DNA from: Malacoraja senta
Taxonomy: Eukaryota
Reading direction: 5' to 3'
NCBI GenBank assembly: GCA_038087875.1
Contig: JAXLNO010000177.1
Coordinates: 62,001 to 126,000 of the forward strand
DNA: 64,000 nt
Shown here one piece after another: positions 1-11,055 of the stretch. A model generated the notes under the pieces. It was not told the origin of the DNA, did no database searches, and saw only the letters and a list, made by a program, of their open reading frames with translations. Within the stretch, counting starts at the first letter, position 1, and each line of letters opens with the position of its first letter. The position numbers and the translations under genes were made by a program.

Positions 1-410
1 CTGTACTCACTGGAGTTTGGAAAGACGAGAGAGGACCTCATTGAAACTTACAGAATAATGATAGGCCTGGATAAGGTGGATGTGGAGAGGATGTTTCCAC
101 TAGTGAGATGGTCTCGGACCACAGGGCACAGCCTCGGAATATAAGGACATACCTATAGAAAGATAAGGATGAATTTCTTCAGTCAGAGAGTGGTGAATCT
201 GTGGAATTCATTGCCATAGGTGGCTGTGGAGGCCATGTCATTGTGTATACTTAAAGTAGAGATTGACATGTTCTTAATTAGGAAGGGTGTCAAAGGTTAT
301 GGGAGAAAGTAGGACAATGGGGTCGAGAAGGAAAGATAGATTAGCCATGATTAAATGGCGGAGTAGACTCACTGGGGCAAATGGTTAAATGAACTCGATT
401 GACTTATGGA
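1..410 (+). mobile_element. Old CR1-clade LINE 3' fragment (mirrored at ~14270-14890, minus)
   Basis: Translates LYSLEFGKTREDLIETYRIM...MFPLV, matching the CR1 ORF2 C-terminus seen at 13650-13880, followed by a CR1-type 3' UTR. Confidence 0.85.
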
Positions 411-2149
411 CTTGTAAATGCATTTTAAATCGATTACTCAGGAAGGATACAAGTCACATTTACCACTCTGACGGTGACACAAAACATCTAGGCTTTGCAA
501 GTAAGGCAATTTGTAATGGGATTATTCGATAAATTAAAGCAAAAGTGTTTTGCATACTACTGGCAGGAGTATTTTGTGGTATTATCAGATGCTTGTAATC
601 ATGGGAAATATTAATGCAGTTTGTCACCCATGTTTACATGCAATTCTACAGTAGTTTTTAATGTCCAATGTTCCAATGACAGTCTAGAGTTGTCTACGAC
701 TTGTGTCTGAGTCCTGTCATTGGTTGGAATGAACCAGTACCTAAAACCAAGCATTCCACATCACCTCATCAGTGGAATCAATGCTACACTGCATGGTGTG
801 CTACCTTAGCAACGGAGCAGGAACAGTAAGCCAGCTCTCACCTCTAGAATTCCATGTAAACTAAATGGTACAATTATATGGGGAATGTTGGGACAGAGAC
901 GGCTGCAGATGTACAAAGGCAATTTTTAACAATTGCAGAACAAGTTGGTTGAGTAGTCAGTTTAAAAAAGGAACACCGAACTTTGGAACAGAGAAGCAAA
1001 GTATAAAAGCAAGGTATGCTACGTTTTTACAAATCTCTTCTGCACAAGTCTGCTCGACTGCATTAAACAGCAAGAATGGTATCAAGATGAAAGGTTTCAC
1101 TTACATGAAAAATCCAAAGAAAGTGGGATTGTCGTTCTTAGAGAAGGTTAAAAGGAGTGTTCATAGATCAGTCAGGTACATACGGTTCTTGCCAAAGGCA
1201 TAAAGGTTTCCAACCAAGGGATACTGATTTACTGAATAAGAATCAAGGCAATACTTTTGATCTATTACGTGAAATAGCCAGGCATGTGTAAAGTATGCCT
1301 GGGAATCGCGAGACAATCCATTAATGACTTTGCTTGCCAGATTATAATTCATTCTTCATTACAGAAACTAAACAAGCATATGGCAAATTTGTTGTGCCTC
1401 AGCATTCCGTCCCTCCCTCCTGAATATAAAATTATATTCTGTGCCATAAATACTTTTCTATACCTCAATTAGATGATCTGCACAACATCCCTCTTCAAAG
1501 CTAAAAGAATAATCAATTCAGTTCCTCAAATATTTCTCTTGACATTCAATAAGACAATGACAGAGCAGTACACAGGCCGTCCTAGAGTAACAAATGTCCC
1601 ACTTACGAGAAACCCATACATGCAGAAAAGCTCCAATACTAAATTCAAAAGTCCGATGTACATACATACGTTCATTTCTAGGAACATTCAAACTAGTTTT
1701 GTCTCTTTTAACAATTGTTCCTTCTTGTCAACATTATGTGTTTTTTAATGCCATTCATTACAAAATGGTAAACATAGAGTGATTTTTGTCTATTTTCTGA
1801 CATGTACAGAAAATCAACATCTGTACAAATGGAATCCATTTGTTAGTCAGGGAAGGCCTGTGCTCAGATTAATTTATGCACATTTGCTCTGAATCCTTCA
1901 TTAACCCTCCCACCAAAATTCGTATCTAACATGGCAGTGAAAGTACCAACTGACCCACAGCATCCAAAAAGCCTTTTGGGGAGAGCGCTCCGGGTTTCCA
2001 CTGTGTTGTGTGAATCAGACGTCTTGCCAGTTTCAAGGAATCGTAGAGTTGGTGACATAGAAGATGGTGTCCATGCCGGCTGGAAAATTCCAGAACTTGA
2101 TCCGTAGCCTTTCAGGCAGGCGCACTGTTCATCTTCCAAAATTCCGTAG

Positions 2150-2345
2150 GTTGCAGAATGGTTCACATAAATTGGAAGAGAGCAAATGACGCCTCACTAT
2201 TTCTGGAGAGAGGGAGATAGAAAATGAGGAACTGCAGATCAGTTAGGCTGGCATCAGCATTAGGGAAATGCTAGACTGTGGACTTAAATTAAAGATATGG
2301 TAGCAGGGTACATAAAAACTAAATCATTTAGCAGATGCAGCGCAC
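2150..2345 (+). mobile_element. Highly degenerate CR1 ORF2 fragment (mirrored at ~6345-6535)
   Basis: Aligns by eye to 12605-12760 of the CR1 (gggagatagaaaatgaggaactgcagatcagttagg vs ggggagcgaaaacggggaattacagaccagttagt). Confidence 0.6.
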
Positions 2346-2372
2346 ATTTACAACTAGCACACCAAAGAAAGC

Positions 2373-2460
2373 AGGGCTCGAAATTAACGGTTGCCCAGTT
2401 GCCAATGGCCACCTAAAGTCCCGCCGGGCAACCTAAAAGCCGTGTCATTTTGCCCGGCTT
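2373..2460 (+). mobile_element. hAT-like DNA transposon terminus (mirrored at ~6222-6309)
   Basis: Begins CAGGGCTCGAAATTAACGG, a CAGGG-type hAT end, with repeated subterminal GGCAAC/GTTGCC motifs. Confidence 0.4.
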
Positions 2461-2462
2461 GA

Positions 2463-3960
2463 TACTGCAGATACTGGTTTATACCGAAGATAGACACAAA
2501 AAATGGTGTAACTCAGCGGGTCAGGCAGCATCTCTGGAGAAGAGGATAAAGTGACGTTTCGGGTCGAGACCCTTCTTCAGAAGGAGAAAGAAATACATTC
2601 AATTTCCATTAGCCCTCCAGCTATTCATATTCCGGAGAACCAAAACTTGCACTCTGATAGCAGTAAATCTGATGCAGTATTTTTTCCAGTGTTATTATTG
2701 CCCCCTTTGTTTCAAATAGGGAATCTGTGGCCGAATAATGGTGCTCGCAAGCGTTGCCTGCAGCCGGTCGACATCGCAGAACTGCAGCCAACACTGTGGG
2801 ATCCCGTCCCACGCACTGCACTGACGCAAGCCACTGTGATTTTTTAATATGCAAGCGAGCTACGCTGACGACCTGGCTGTTTTTTATTTGTTTCAAATGC
2901 AGAAGCGAACAGAGATAGTTAGAAATAAAATAAATAAATGGTTAGGTATAGGAAGGAACTGCAGATGCTGGTTTAAACAGAAGATAGGCACAAAAAGCTG
3001 GAGTAACTCAGCAGGTCAGGCAGCATCTCTGGAAAAAGGAACTACAGATGCTGGTTTATACCAAAGATAGACACAATAAGCTGGAGAACTCAGCCAGTCA
3101 GGCAACATTTCTGGAGAAAAGCAATAAGTGACGTTTCGGATCGAGACCCTTTTTCAGACTGAGAGTCAGGTGAAAGGGAAATTATCTATAGATGGTGATA
3201 GAGAAATATAGAACAAATGAATGAAAGTTATACAACAAAGTAACGATGATCAAGGAAAGGTGAGAGAAGGAATGTGTGACATTTCTGGTCAAGATCCTTC
3301 TTCTCCAGAGATGCTATCTGTCCCACTGAGTTACTCCAGCATTTTGTGTCTATCTTCAGTGTAAACCAGCATCTGCAGTTCCTTCCTATATACATGGTCC
3401 ATTGTTGGCAGCGAAGATACACAAAATCCTGGAGTAACTCAGCGGGACAGGCAGCATCTCTGAAGAGAAGGAATTGGTCCTCCATCCTATTCTCCGACTA
3501 GTTTTACTGTCCTCCTCATTAATTTTAATGTTTGCATACCTCGTTGTCAACTTCCCCTCAGCCAACAATGAACACAAAACGCTGGAGTTACTCAGCGGGA
3601 CAGGCAGCAGCTTTGGAGGGTCTGAAGAAAGGTCTCGAACTGAAACGTCATTCATTCCTCTCCTATCTATCTAGGGTGGGGGTAGTGTGCAGGAAGGAAC
3701 TGCGGATGCTGGTTTAAACCGAAGATAGACACCAAACGCTGGAAAACTCAGCAGGACAGGCAGTATCTCCGGAGGGAAGGAATGGGTGACGTTTCGGGTC
3801 GAGATTCTTCTTCAGACTGAGAGTCAGGGGAAAGGGAGACAGAGATATGGAATGTTAAGATGTGAGAACACAGATCAAAGGGGACTTGGCAGTGGACAGT
3901 GGACGGAGAGAGAGACGATGCAAGGGTTACTTGAAGGTAGATAAATCAATGTTCATTCTT
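2463..3960. mobile_element. Cluster of Penelope-like element termini (pLTR fragments) in both orientations, with hammerhead motifs; mirrored at ~4380-6220
   Basis: Repeated module AGATGCTGCCTGACCCGCTGAGTTACTCCAGC linked to CTGAAGAAGGGTCTCGACCCGAAACGTC; the same module adjoins a GIY-YIG C-terminal coding fragment at 4446-4532. Confidence 0.75.
2552..2580 (-). ncRNA. Minimal hammerhead ribozyme core motif
   Basis: Minus strand reads CUGAAGA-A-GGGUC-UC-GACCC-GAAA-CG-UC, i.e. the CUGANGA core, helix II, GAAA, palindromic ACGU helix III and UC cleavage triplet end. Confidence 0.7.
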
Positions 3961-4013
3961 TAGTTTAGTGTTTAGTTTAGAAATACAGCACGGAAACAGG
4001 CCCTTCGGCCCAC

Positions 4014-4329
4014 TAAATCCACCTTCCCGCCCGCGCTCCGTCCTCGACCGTCGTCATGGCCGCATCGACAAGATGGCGTCGCGTCGCGTCACGTGGCGGC
4101 CGCATTAATGACGGAGGCGGGACGTCAGGTGACCCTCAGGCGCGAATGGGGATCAGTGCGGGATGGAGAGGAGGGATCCCAGGATAAGGGAGGTGGACAA
4201 GAGAGAGAGAGGGGGGAAGGGACAGATGAGGTGGGGAGGAAGGAAGGAAGGTCAGCGCTCCTCGGACAACACCGGCATCATCGCCCCGCTGCCTTGGCCG
4301 TCCCTGTCCACCGCCAAGTTCCGCAGCCG
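4014..4329. promoter_or_regulatory. CpG-rich, promoter-like spacer at the palindrome axis
   Basis: Dense intact CpGs with AAGATGGCG (YY1-type, 4070-4078), GTCACGTGG (E-box, 4088-4096), GACGTCA (CRE-like, 4121-4127) and GC boxes (4026-4032, 4114-4123). Most of the flanking arm sequence is CpG-poor. Confidence 0.55.
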
Positions 4330-4445
4330 CTGGGCTGAAGGCCCTGTTTCCGCGCTCTATCTCTAAACTACACACTAAACTAAAGAATGAACATTGATTT
4401 ATCTACCTTCAAGTAACCCTTGCATCGTCTCTCTCTCCGTCCACT

Positions 4446-4532
4446 CTCCACTGCCAGAGTGAAGCCCAAGGTAAATTGGAGGAACAGCAGATCATATTTC
4501 GCTTGGGCAGCTTACAGCCCAGTGGTATGAAT
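4446..4532 (+). mobile_element. Penelope-like element GIY-YIG endonuclease C-terminal coding fragment
   Basis: Translates LHCQSEAQGKLEEQQIIFRLGSLQPSGMN, the characteristic end of PLE ORFs, and is directly followed by a degenerate hammerhead motif at 4531-4560. Confidence 0.8.
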
Positions 4533-6099
4533 GAAGAAGGATCTTGACCCGAAATGTCCACTATTCCTTTTCTCCAGAGATGCTGCCGAACCCGCTGAGT
4601 TACTCCAGCATTTTGTATCTATTCAGCGGTATGAATATTGATTTATTTAACTTCAAGTAAGCATTGTTTCCCCCCTCGCTCCGCCCCACCCCTCCTAGTT
4701 CTCCGATTAGTTTCACTGATTAAAACATTTTACTGATTGTATGCCTCGTTGTCGGCTTCCCCTCCGCTAATAATGAACCTTCCTTGACCATAGTCCCCTT
4801 TGGACATGGTTCTCACATCTTAACATTCCATATCTCTGTCTCCCTTTCCCCTGACTCTCAGTCTGAAGAAGAATCTCGACCCAAAACGTCACCCGTTCCT
4901 TCCCTCCGGAGATACTGCCTGTCCTGCTGAGTTTTCCAGCATTTGGTGTCTATCTTCGGTTCAAACCAGCATCCGCAGTTCCTTCCTGCACACTACCCCC
5001 ACCCTAGATAGATAGGAGAGGAATGAATGACGTTTCAGTTCGAGACCTTTCTTCAGACCCTCCAAAGCTGCTGCCTGTCCCGCTGAGTAACTCCAGCGTT
5101 TTGTGTTCATTGTTGGCTGAGGGGAAGGTGACAACGAGGTATGCAAACATTAAAATTAATTGGGAGGACAGTAAAACTAGTCGGAGAATAGGATGGAGGA
5201 CCAATTCCTTCTCTTCAGAGATGCTGCCTGTCCCGCTGAGTTACTCCAGCATTTTGTGTATCTTCGCTGCCAACAATGGACCATGTATGTAGGAAGGAAC
5301 TGCAGATGCTGGTTTACACTGAAGATAGACACAAAATGCTGGAGTAACTCAGTGGGACAGATAGCATCTCTGGAGAAGAAGGATCTCGACCAGAAATGTC
5401 ACACATTCCTTCTCTCACCTTTCCTTGGTCATCGTTACTTTGTTGTATAACTTTCATTCATTTGTTCTATATTTCTCTATCACCATCTATAGATATAATT
5501 TCCCTTTCCCCTGACTCTCAGTCTGAAAAAGGGTCTCGATCCGAAACGTCACCTATTGCTTTTCTCCAGAAATGCTGCCTGACTGGCTGAGTTCTCCAGC
5601 TTATTGTGTCTATCTTTGGTATAAACCAGCATCTGTAGTTCCTTTTTCCAGAGATGCTGCCTGACCTGCTGAGTTACTCCAGCTTTTTGTGCCTATCTTC
5701 TGTTTAAACCAGCATCTGCAGTTCCTTCCTACACCTAACCATTTATATATTTTATTTCTAACTATCTCCGTTCGCTTCTGCATTTGAAACAAACAAAAAA
5801 CAGCCAGGTCGTCACCGTAGCTCGCTTGCTTATTAAAAAATCACAGTGGCTTGCGTCAGTGCAGTGCGTGGGACGGGATCCCACAGTGTGGGCTGCAGTT
5901 CTGCGATGTCCACCGGCTGCAGGGAACGCTTGCGAGCACCATTATTCGGCCACAGATTCCCTATTTGAACCAATGGGCGCAATAATAAGACTGGAAAAAA
6001 TACTGCATCAAATTTAGTGCTATCAGAGTGCAAGTTTTGGTTCTCCAGAATATGAATAGCTGGAGGGCTAATGGAAATTGAATGTATTTCTTTCTCCTT

Positions 6100-6128
6100 C
6101 TGAAGAAGGGTCTCGACCCGAAACGTCA
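6100..6128 (+). ncRNA. Minimal hammerhead ribozyme core motif (mirror of 2552-2580)
   Basis: CTGAAGAAGGGTCTCGACCCGAAACGTCA, with the core intact in both palindrome arms. Confidence 0.7.
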
Positions 6129-8349
6129 CTTATTCCTCTTCTCCAGAGATGCTGCCTGACCCGCTGAGTTACACCGTGTTTGTGTGTCTATCTTCGGTAT
6201 AAACCAGTATCTGCAGTATCAAACCGGGCAAAATGACACGGCTTTTAGGTTGCCCGACGGGACTTTAGGTGGCCATTGGTAACTGGGCAACCGTTCATTT
6301 CGAGCCCTGCTGTATGTTTTATCTTTGGTGTGCTAGTTGTAAATGTGCGCTGCATCTACTAAATGATTTAGTTTTTATGTACCCTGCTACCATATCTTTA
6401 ATTTAAGTCCACAGTCTAGCATTTCCCTAATGCTGATGCCAGCCTAACTGATCTGCAATTCCTCATTTTCTATCTCCCTCTCTCCAGAAATAGTGAGGTG
6501 TCATTTGCTCTCTTCCAATTTGTGTGAACGATTCTGCAACCTACGGAATTTTGGAAGATGAACAGTGCACCTGCCTGAAAGGCTACGGATCAAGTTCTGG
6601 AATTTGGGCAGCTATTTTCCAGCCGGCACGGACACCATCTTCTATGTCACCAACTCTACGATTCCTTGAAACTGGCAAGACGTCTGATTCACACAACACA
6701 GTGGAAACCTGGAGCGCTCTCCCCAAAAGGCTTTTTGGGTGCTGTGGGTCAGTTGGTACTTTCACTGCCATGTTAGATAAGAATTTTGGTGGGAGGGTTA
6801 ATGAGGGATTCAGAGCAAATGTGCACAAATTAATCTGAGCACAGGCCTTCCCTGACTAATAAATGGATTCCATTTGTACAGATGTTGATTTTCTGTACGT
6901 CAGAAAATAGACAAAAATCACTCTATGTTTGCCATTTTGTAATGAATGGCATTAAAAAACACATAATGCTGACAAGAAGGAACAATTGTTAAAAGAGACA
7001 AAACTAGTTCGAATGTTCCTAGAAATGAACGTATGTATGTACATCGGAATTTTGAATTTAATATTGGAGCTTTTCTGCATTATGGGTTTCTCGTAAGTGG
7101 GGCATTTGTTACTCTAGGACGGCTCTGTCATGGTCTAATTGAATGTCAAGAAAAATATTGGAGGAACTGAATTGATTATGCTTTTAGCTTTGAAGAGGGA
7201 TGTTGTACAGATCATCTAATTGAGAATAGAAAAGTATTTATGGCACGGAATATAATTTTATATTCAGGAGGGAGGGACGGAATGCTGAGGCACAACAAAT
7301 TTGCCATATGCTTGTTTAGTTTCTGTAATGAAGAATGAATTATAATCTGGCAAGCAAAGTCATTAATGGATTGTCTCGCGATTCCCAGGCATACTTTACA
7401 CATGCCTGGCTATTTCACGTAATAGATCAAAAGTATTGCCTTTGATTCTTTTTCACTAAATCAGTATCCCTTGGTTGGAAACCTTTATGCCTTTGGCAAG
7501 AACCGTATGTACCTGACTGATCTATGAACACTCCTTTTAACCTTCTCTAAGCATGACAATCCCACTTTCTTTGGATTTTTCATGGAAGTGAAGCCTTTCA
7601 TCTTGATACCATTCTTGCTGTTTAATGCAGTCGAGCAGACTTGTGTAGAAGACATTTGTAAAAACGTAGCATACCTTGCTTTTATACTTTGCTTCTCTGT
7701 TCCAAAGGTTCGGTGTTCCTTTTTTAAACTGTCTACTCAACCAACTTGTTATGCAATTGTTAAAAATTGCCTTTGTACATCTGCAGCGGTCTCTGTCCCA
7801 ACATCCCCCATATAATTGTACCATTTAGTTTACATGGAATTCTAGAGGTGAGAGCTGGGTTACTGTTCCTGCTCCGTTGCTAAGGTAGCTAGTCTGTGCA
7901 GTGTAGCATTGATTCCACTGATGAGGTGATGTGGAATGCTTGGTTTTAGGTACTGGTCATTCCAAACCAATTTCAGGACTCAGACACAAGTCATAGACAA
8001 CTCTAGACTGTCATTAGAACATTGGACATTAAAAACTACTGTAGAATTGCATGCAAACATGGGTGTCAAACTGCATTAATACTGCAGAGGCCCAGGAGCG
8101 GTTGGAGCGGTTGCAGTGGGAGGAGGAACGTCCGAGCGGTGAGTTTAAAACCCGATCGCGGGGCTTTGCTTTACAGAGGCCCAGGAGCCGTTGGAGCCGT
8201 TGTAGAGGGAGGAGGAACCCAGATCTTTTACTTTCCAACGTTCCATTCGCATTTCAAAACTAATGGGCTTGAGGAAGCCGCTGATTGGTGGAAGCGGACA
8301 AGAGGGAGCAGCTGATTGGGAGTCAGATCCCTGCTGATTTCTTCCAGCA

Positions 8350-9447
8350 CTTTGTATTATATCCAAGATAAGGGGGGAGTATGAGGGAGAATGAGGGCAG
8401 TTTACTGTTCTGGATGTCAGATGTATTGTATGCAGGGTAAGGCAGTTTACTGTTCTGGATGTCAGATGTATTGTATCCAGGGTAAGGGGGGAGTATGAGG
8501 GCAGTTTACTGTTCTGGATGTCAGATGTATTGTATCCTGGGTAAGGGGGGAGTATGAGGGAGAATTAGGGCAGTTTACTGTTATGGATATCCGATGTATT
8601 GTATCCAGGGTAAGGGGGGAGTATGAGGGAGAATGAGGGCAGTTTACTGTTCTGGATGTCAGATGTATTGTATCCAGGGTAAGGGGGGAGTATGAGGGCC
8701 AGGGCAGTTTACTGTTCTGGATGTCAGATGTATTGTATCCAGGGTAAGGGGGGAGTATGAGGGCCAGGGCAGTTTACTGTACTGGATGTCAGATGTATTA
8801 TATCCAGTGTAAGGGGGGAGTATGAGGCCCAGGGCAGTTTACTGTTCTGGATGTCAGATGTATTGTATCCAGGGTAAGGGGGGAGTATGAGGGCCAGGGT
8901 AGTTTACTGTTCTGGATGTCAGATGTATTGTATCAAGTGTAAGGGGGAGAATGAGGGCAGTTTACTGTTCTTGATGTCAGATGTATTGTATCCAGGGTAA
9001 GGGGGGAGAATGAGGGCAGTTTACTGTTCTGGATGTCAGATGTATTGTATCCAGGGTAAGGGGGAAGTATGAGGGAGAATGAGGGCAGTTTACTGTTCTT
9101 GATGTCAGATGTATTGTATCCAGGGTAAGGGGGGAGTATGAGGGAGAATGAGGGCAGTTTACTGTTCTGGATCTCAGATATATTGTATCCAGGGTAAGGG
9201 GGGAGTATGAGGGAGAATGAGGGCAGTTTACTGTTCTGGATGTCAGATATATTGTATCCAGGGTAAGGGGGGAGTATGAGGCCCAGGGCAGTTTACTGTT
9301 CTGGATGTCAGATGTATTGTATCCAGGGTAAGGGGGGAGTATGAGGGAGAATGAGGGCAGTTTACTGTTCTGGATGTCAGATGCATTGTATCATGGGTAA
9401 GGGAGGAGTATGAGGGCCAGGCAGTTTACTGTTCTGGATGTCAGATG
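8350..9447 (+). repeat. Tandem array of ~17 units (~45-70 bp) spanning the CR1 ORF1 start
   Basis: Unit GGGTAAGGGGGGAGTATGAGGG[...]GCAGTTTACTGTTCTGGATGTCAGATGTATTGTATCCA; I counted 17 copies of the AGTTTACTG core. Confidence 0.95.
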
Positions 9448-10344
9448 TGGGAGGTCAAGGAGTCTGATAGCCTTCCAGACGTCCACATCTGCGCCAGGTG
9501 CATTGAGATGGGGCTCCTAAGGGACCGTATTAGGAACCTGGAGCAGCAGCTCGATGACCTCCGTCTGGTCAGGGAGAGCGAGGAAGTCATAGAGAGGAGT
9601 TACAGAGAGGTGGTCACTCCAAGACCACAGGAGGCGGGCAAGTTGGTCACGGTTAGGAGGGGCAAGGGGCAGAGGCAGGGACTAGAGAGTACCCCGGTGG
9701 CTGTGCACCTTGGCAATAAGTACTCCTGTTTGAGTACTTTTGGGGGGAACAGCCTACCTGGGGGTAGCAACAGCGGCCGGGCCTCCGTTACAGAGACCGG
9801 CCCTGTTGCTCAGAAGGGTAAGGAAAAGAAGGGGAGGGCAGTAGTAACAGGGGACTCTATAGTTAGGGGGTCAGATAGGCGATTCTGTGGACGCAGTCAG
9901 GAGACCCGGATGGTAGTTTGCCTCCGTGGTGCCAGGGTCTGGGATGTGTCTGAATGTGTCCAAGATATCCTGAAATGGGAGGGAGAGGAGCCCGATGTCG
10001 TGGTACATATAGGTACCATTGACATAGGTAGAAAAAGAGAAGAGGTCCTGAAAGGTGAATTTAGGGAGTTATGAAGAGAGTTAAGGAGAAGGACCGCAAA
10101 GGTAACAATCTCAGGATTACTGCCTGTGCCACGCGACAGTAGGAGTGGGAATGGAGCAAGGTGGAGGATAAATGCGTGGCTGAAGGACTGGTGCAGAGGG
10201 CAGGGATTCAAGTTTCTGGATCATTGGGACCTCTTTTGGGGAAAGTGTGACCTGTACAAAAAGGACGGGTTGCACTTGAACCCGAGGGGGACCAATATCC
10301 TGGTGGGAAGATTTGCAAAGGCTACTGGGGAGACTTTAAACTAG
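9410..10344 (+). pseudogene. CR1 ORF1: zinc finger, coiled coil and SGNH esterase; frameshift near the start and a premature stop at 10072
   Basis: YCSGCQMWEV...HICARC, then GDSIVRG, HIGTIDIG and DGLHLN (SGNH blocks). Confidence 0.9.
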
Positions 10345-10423
10345 AACGGTTGGGGGGAGGGACTCAAATAGAGAAAGCTAGTAGACAGTGTGTGAGGCAG
10401 GAGGCAGAGATGGGAAGCACTCA

Positions 10424-10950
10424 TAGAAACATAGAAAATAGGTGCAGGACTAGGACATTCGGCCCTTCGAGCCTGCACCGCCATTCAATATGATCATGGC
10501 TGATCATCCCACTCAGTATCCTGTACCTGCTTTCTCTCCATACCCCCTGATCCCTTTAGCCACAAGAGCCACATCTAACTCCCTCTTAAATATAGCCAAT
10601 GAACTGGCCTCAACTACCTTGTGGCAGAGAGTTCCAGAGATTCACCACTCTCTGTGTGAAAAATGTTTTTCTCATCTCGGTCCTAAAGAATTTCCCCTTT
10701 ATCCTTAAACTGTGACCCCTTGACCTGGATTTCCCCAACATCGGGAACAATCTTCCTACGTCTAACCTGTCCAACCCCTTAAGAATTTTGTAAGTTTCTA
10801 TAAGATCCCCCCTCATTCATCTAAATTCTAGAGAGTACAAGCCGAGTTTATCCAGACTTTCTTCATATGAAAGTCCTGACATCCCAGGAATCAGTCTGGT
10901 GAACCTTCTCTGTTTTCCCTCTATGGCAAGAATGTCTTTCCTCAGATTTG
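10424..10950 (-). mobile_element. 5'-truncated CR1 of the same family, inserted in inverted orientation between ORF1 and ORF2
   Basis: Near reverse complement of ~13545-14075; flanked by the direct repeat ACTCA (10419-10423 and 10951-10955). Confidence 0.9.
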
Positions 10951-11055
10951 ACTCAGTCCCAACATGTAGGAGGGAAAGAAGAAAAACATAATAAACAGAG
11001 AATAAGAGGTGGTGGGTTTCTTAAATGTGTGAGCAGAGAGACAGAGGGGTGTAAA

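Larger units (their letters stand above)
1..4013. repeat. Left arm of a large inverted duplication (palindrome); probably extends beyond the window start
   Basis: Reverse complement of 4330-4456, 4792-8081 and 14076-14684. The ORF track shows mirrored pairs, e.g. 865+/7537-, 1864-/6524+, 2551+/5833-, 3474+/5004-. Confidence 0.97.

Noticed and set aside
865..2166. Short ORFs conserved between the two palindrome arms as a duplicated protein-coding gene
   Set aside because: Conservation is explained by the duplication itself. Frames differ between arms through indels and no domain is recognisable.
6461..6487. Strong-looking splice acceptor in the palindrome arm
   Set aside because: It is the antisense strand of a degenerate CR1 ORF2 fragment, and all three following frames close quickly.
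1..8081. Palindrome as a sequencing fold-back artefact or a single giant foldback transposon
   Set aside because: The arms are diverged and carry arm-specific insertions. They consist of ordinary genomic DNA with old repeats, and no outer termini or TSD are visible in the window.
8350..9447. CRISPR-like array
   Set aside because: There are no unique spacers; it is a contiguous tandem repeat inside a eukaryotic LINE, with no cas genes.
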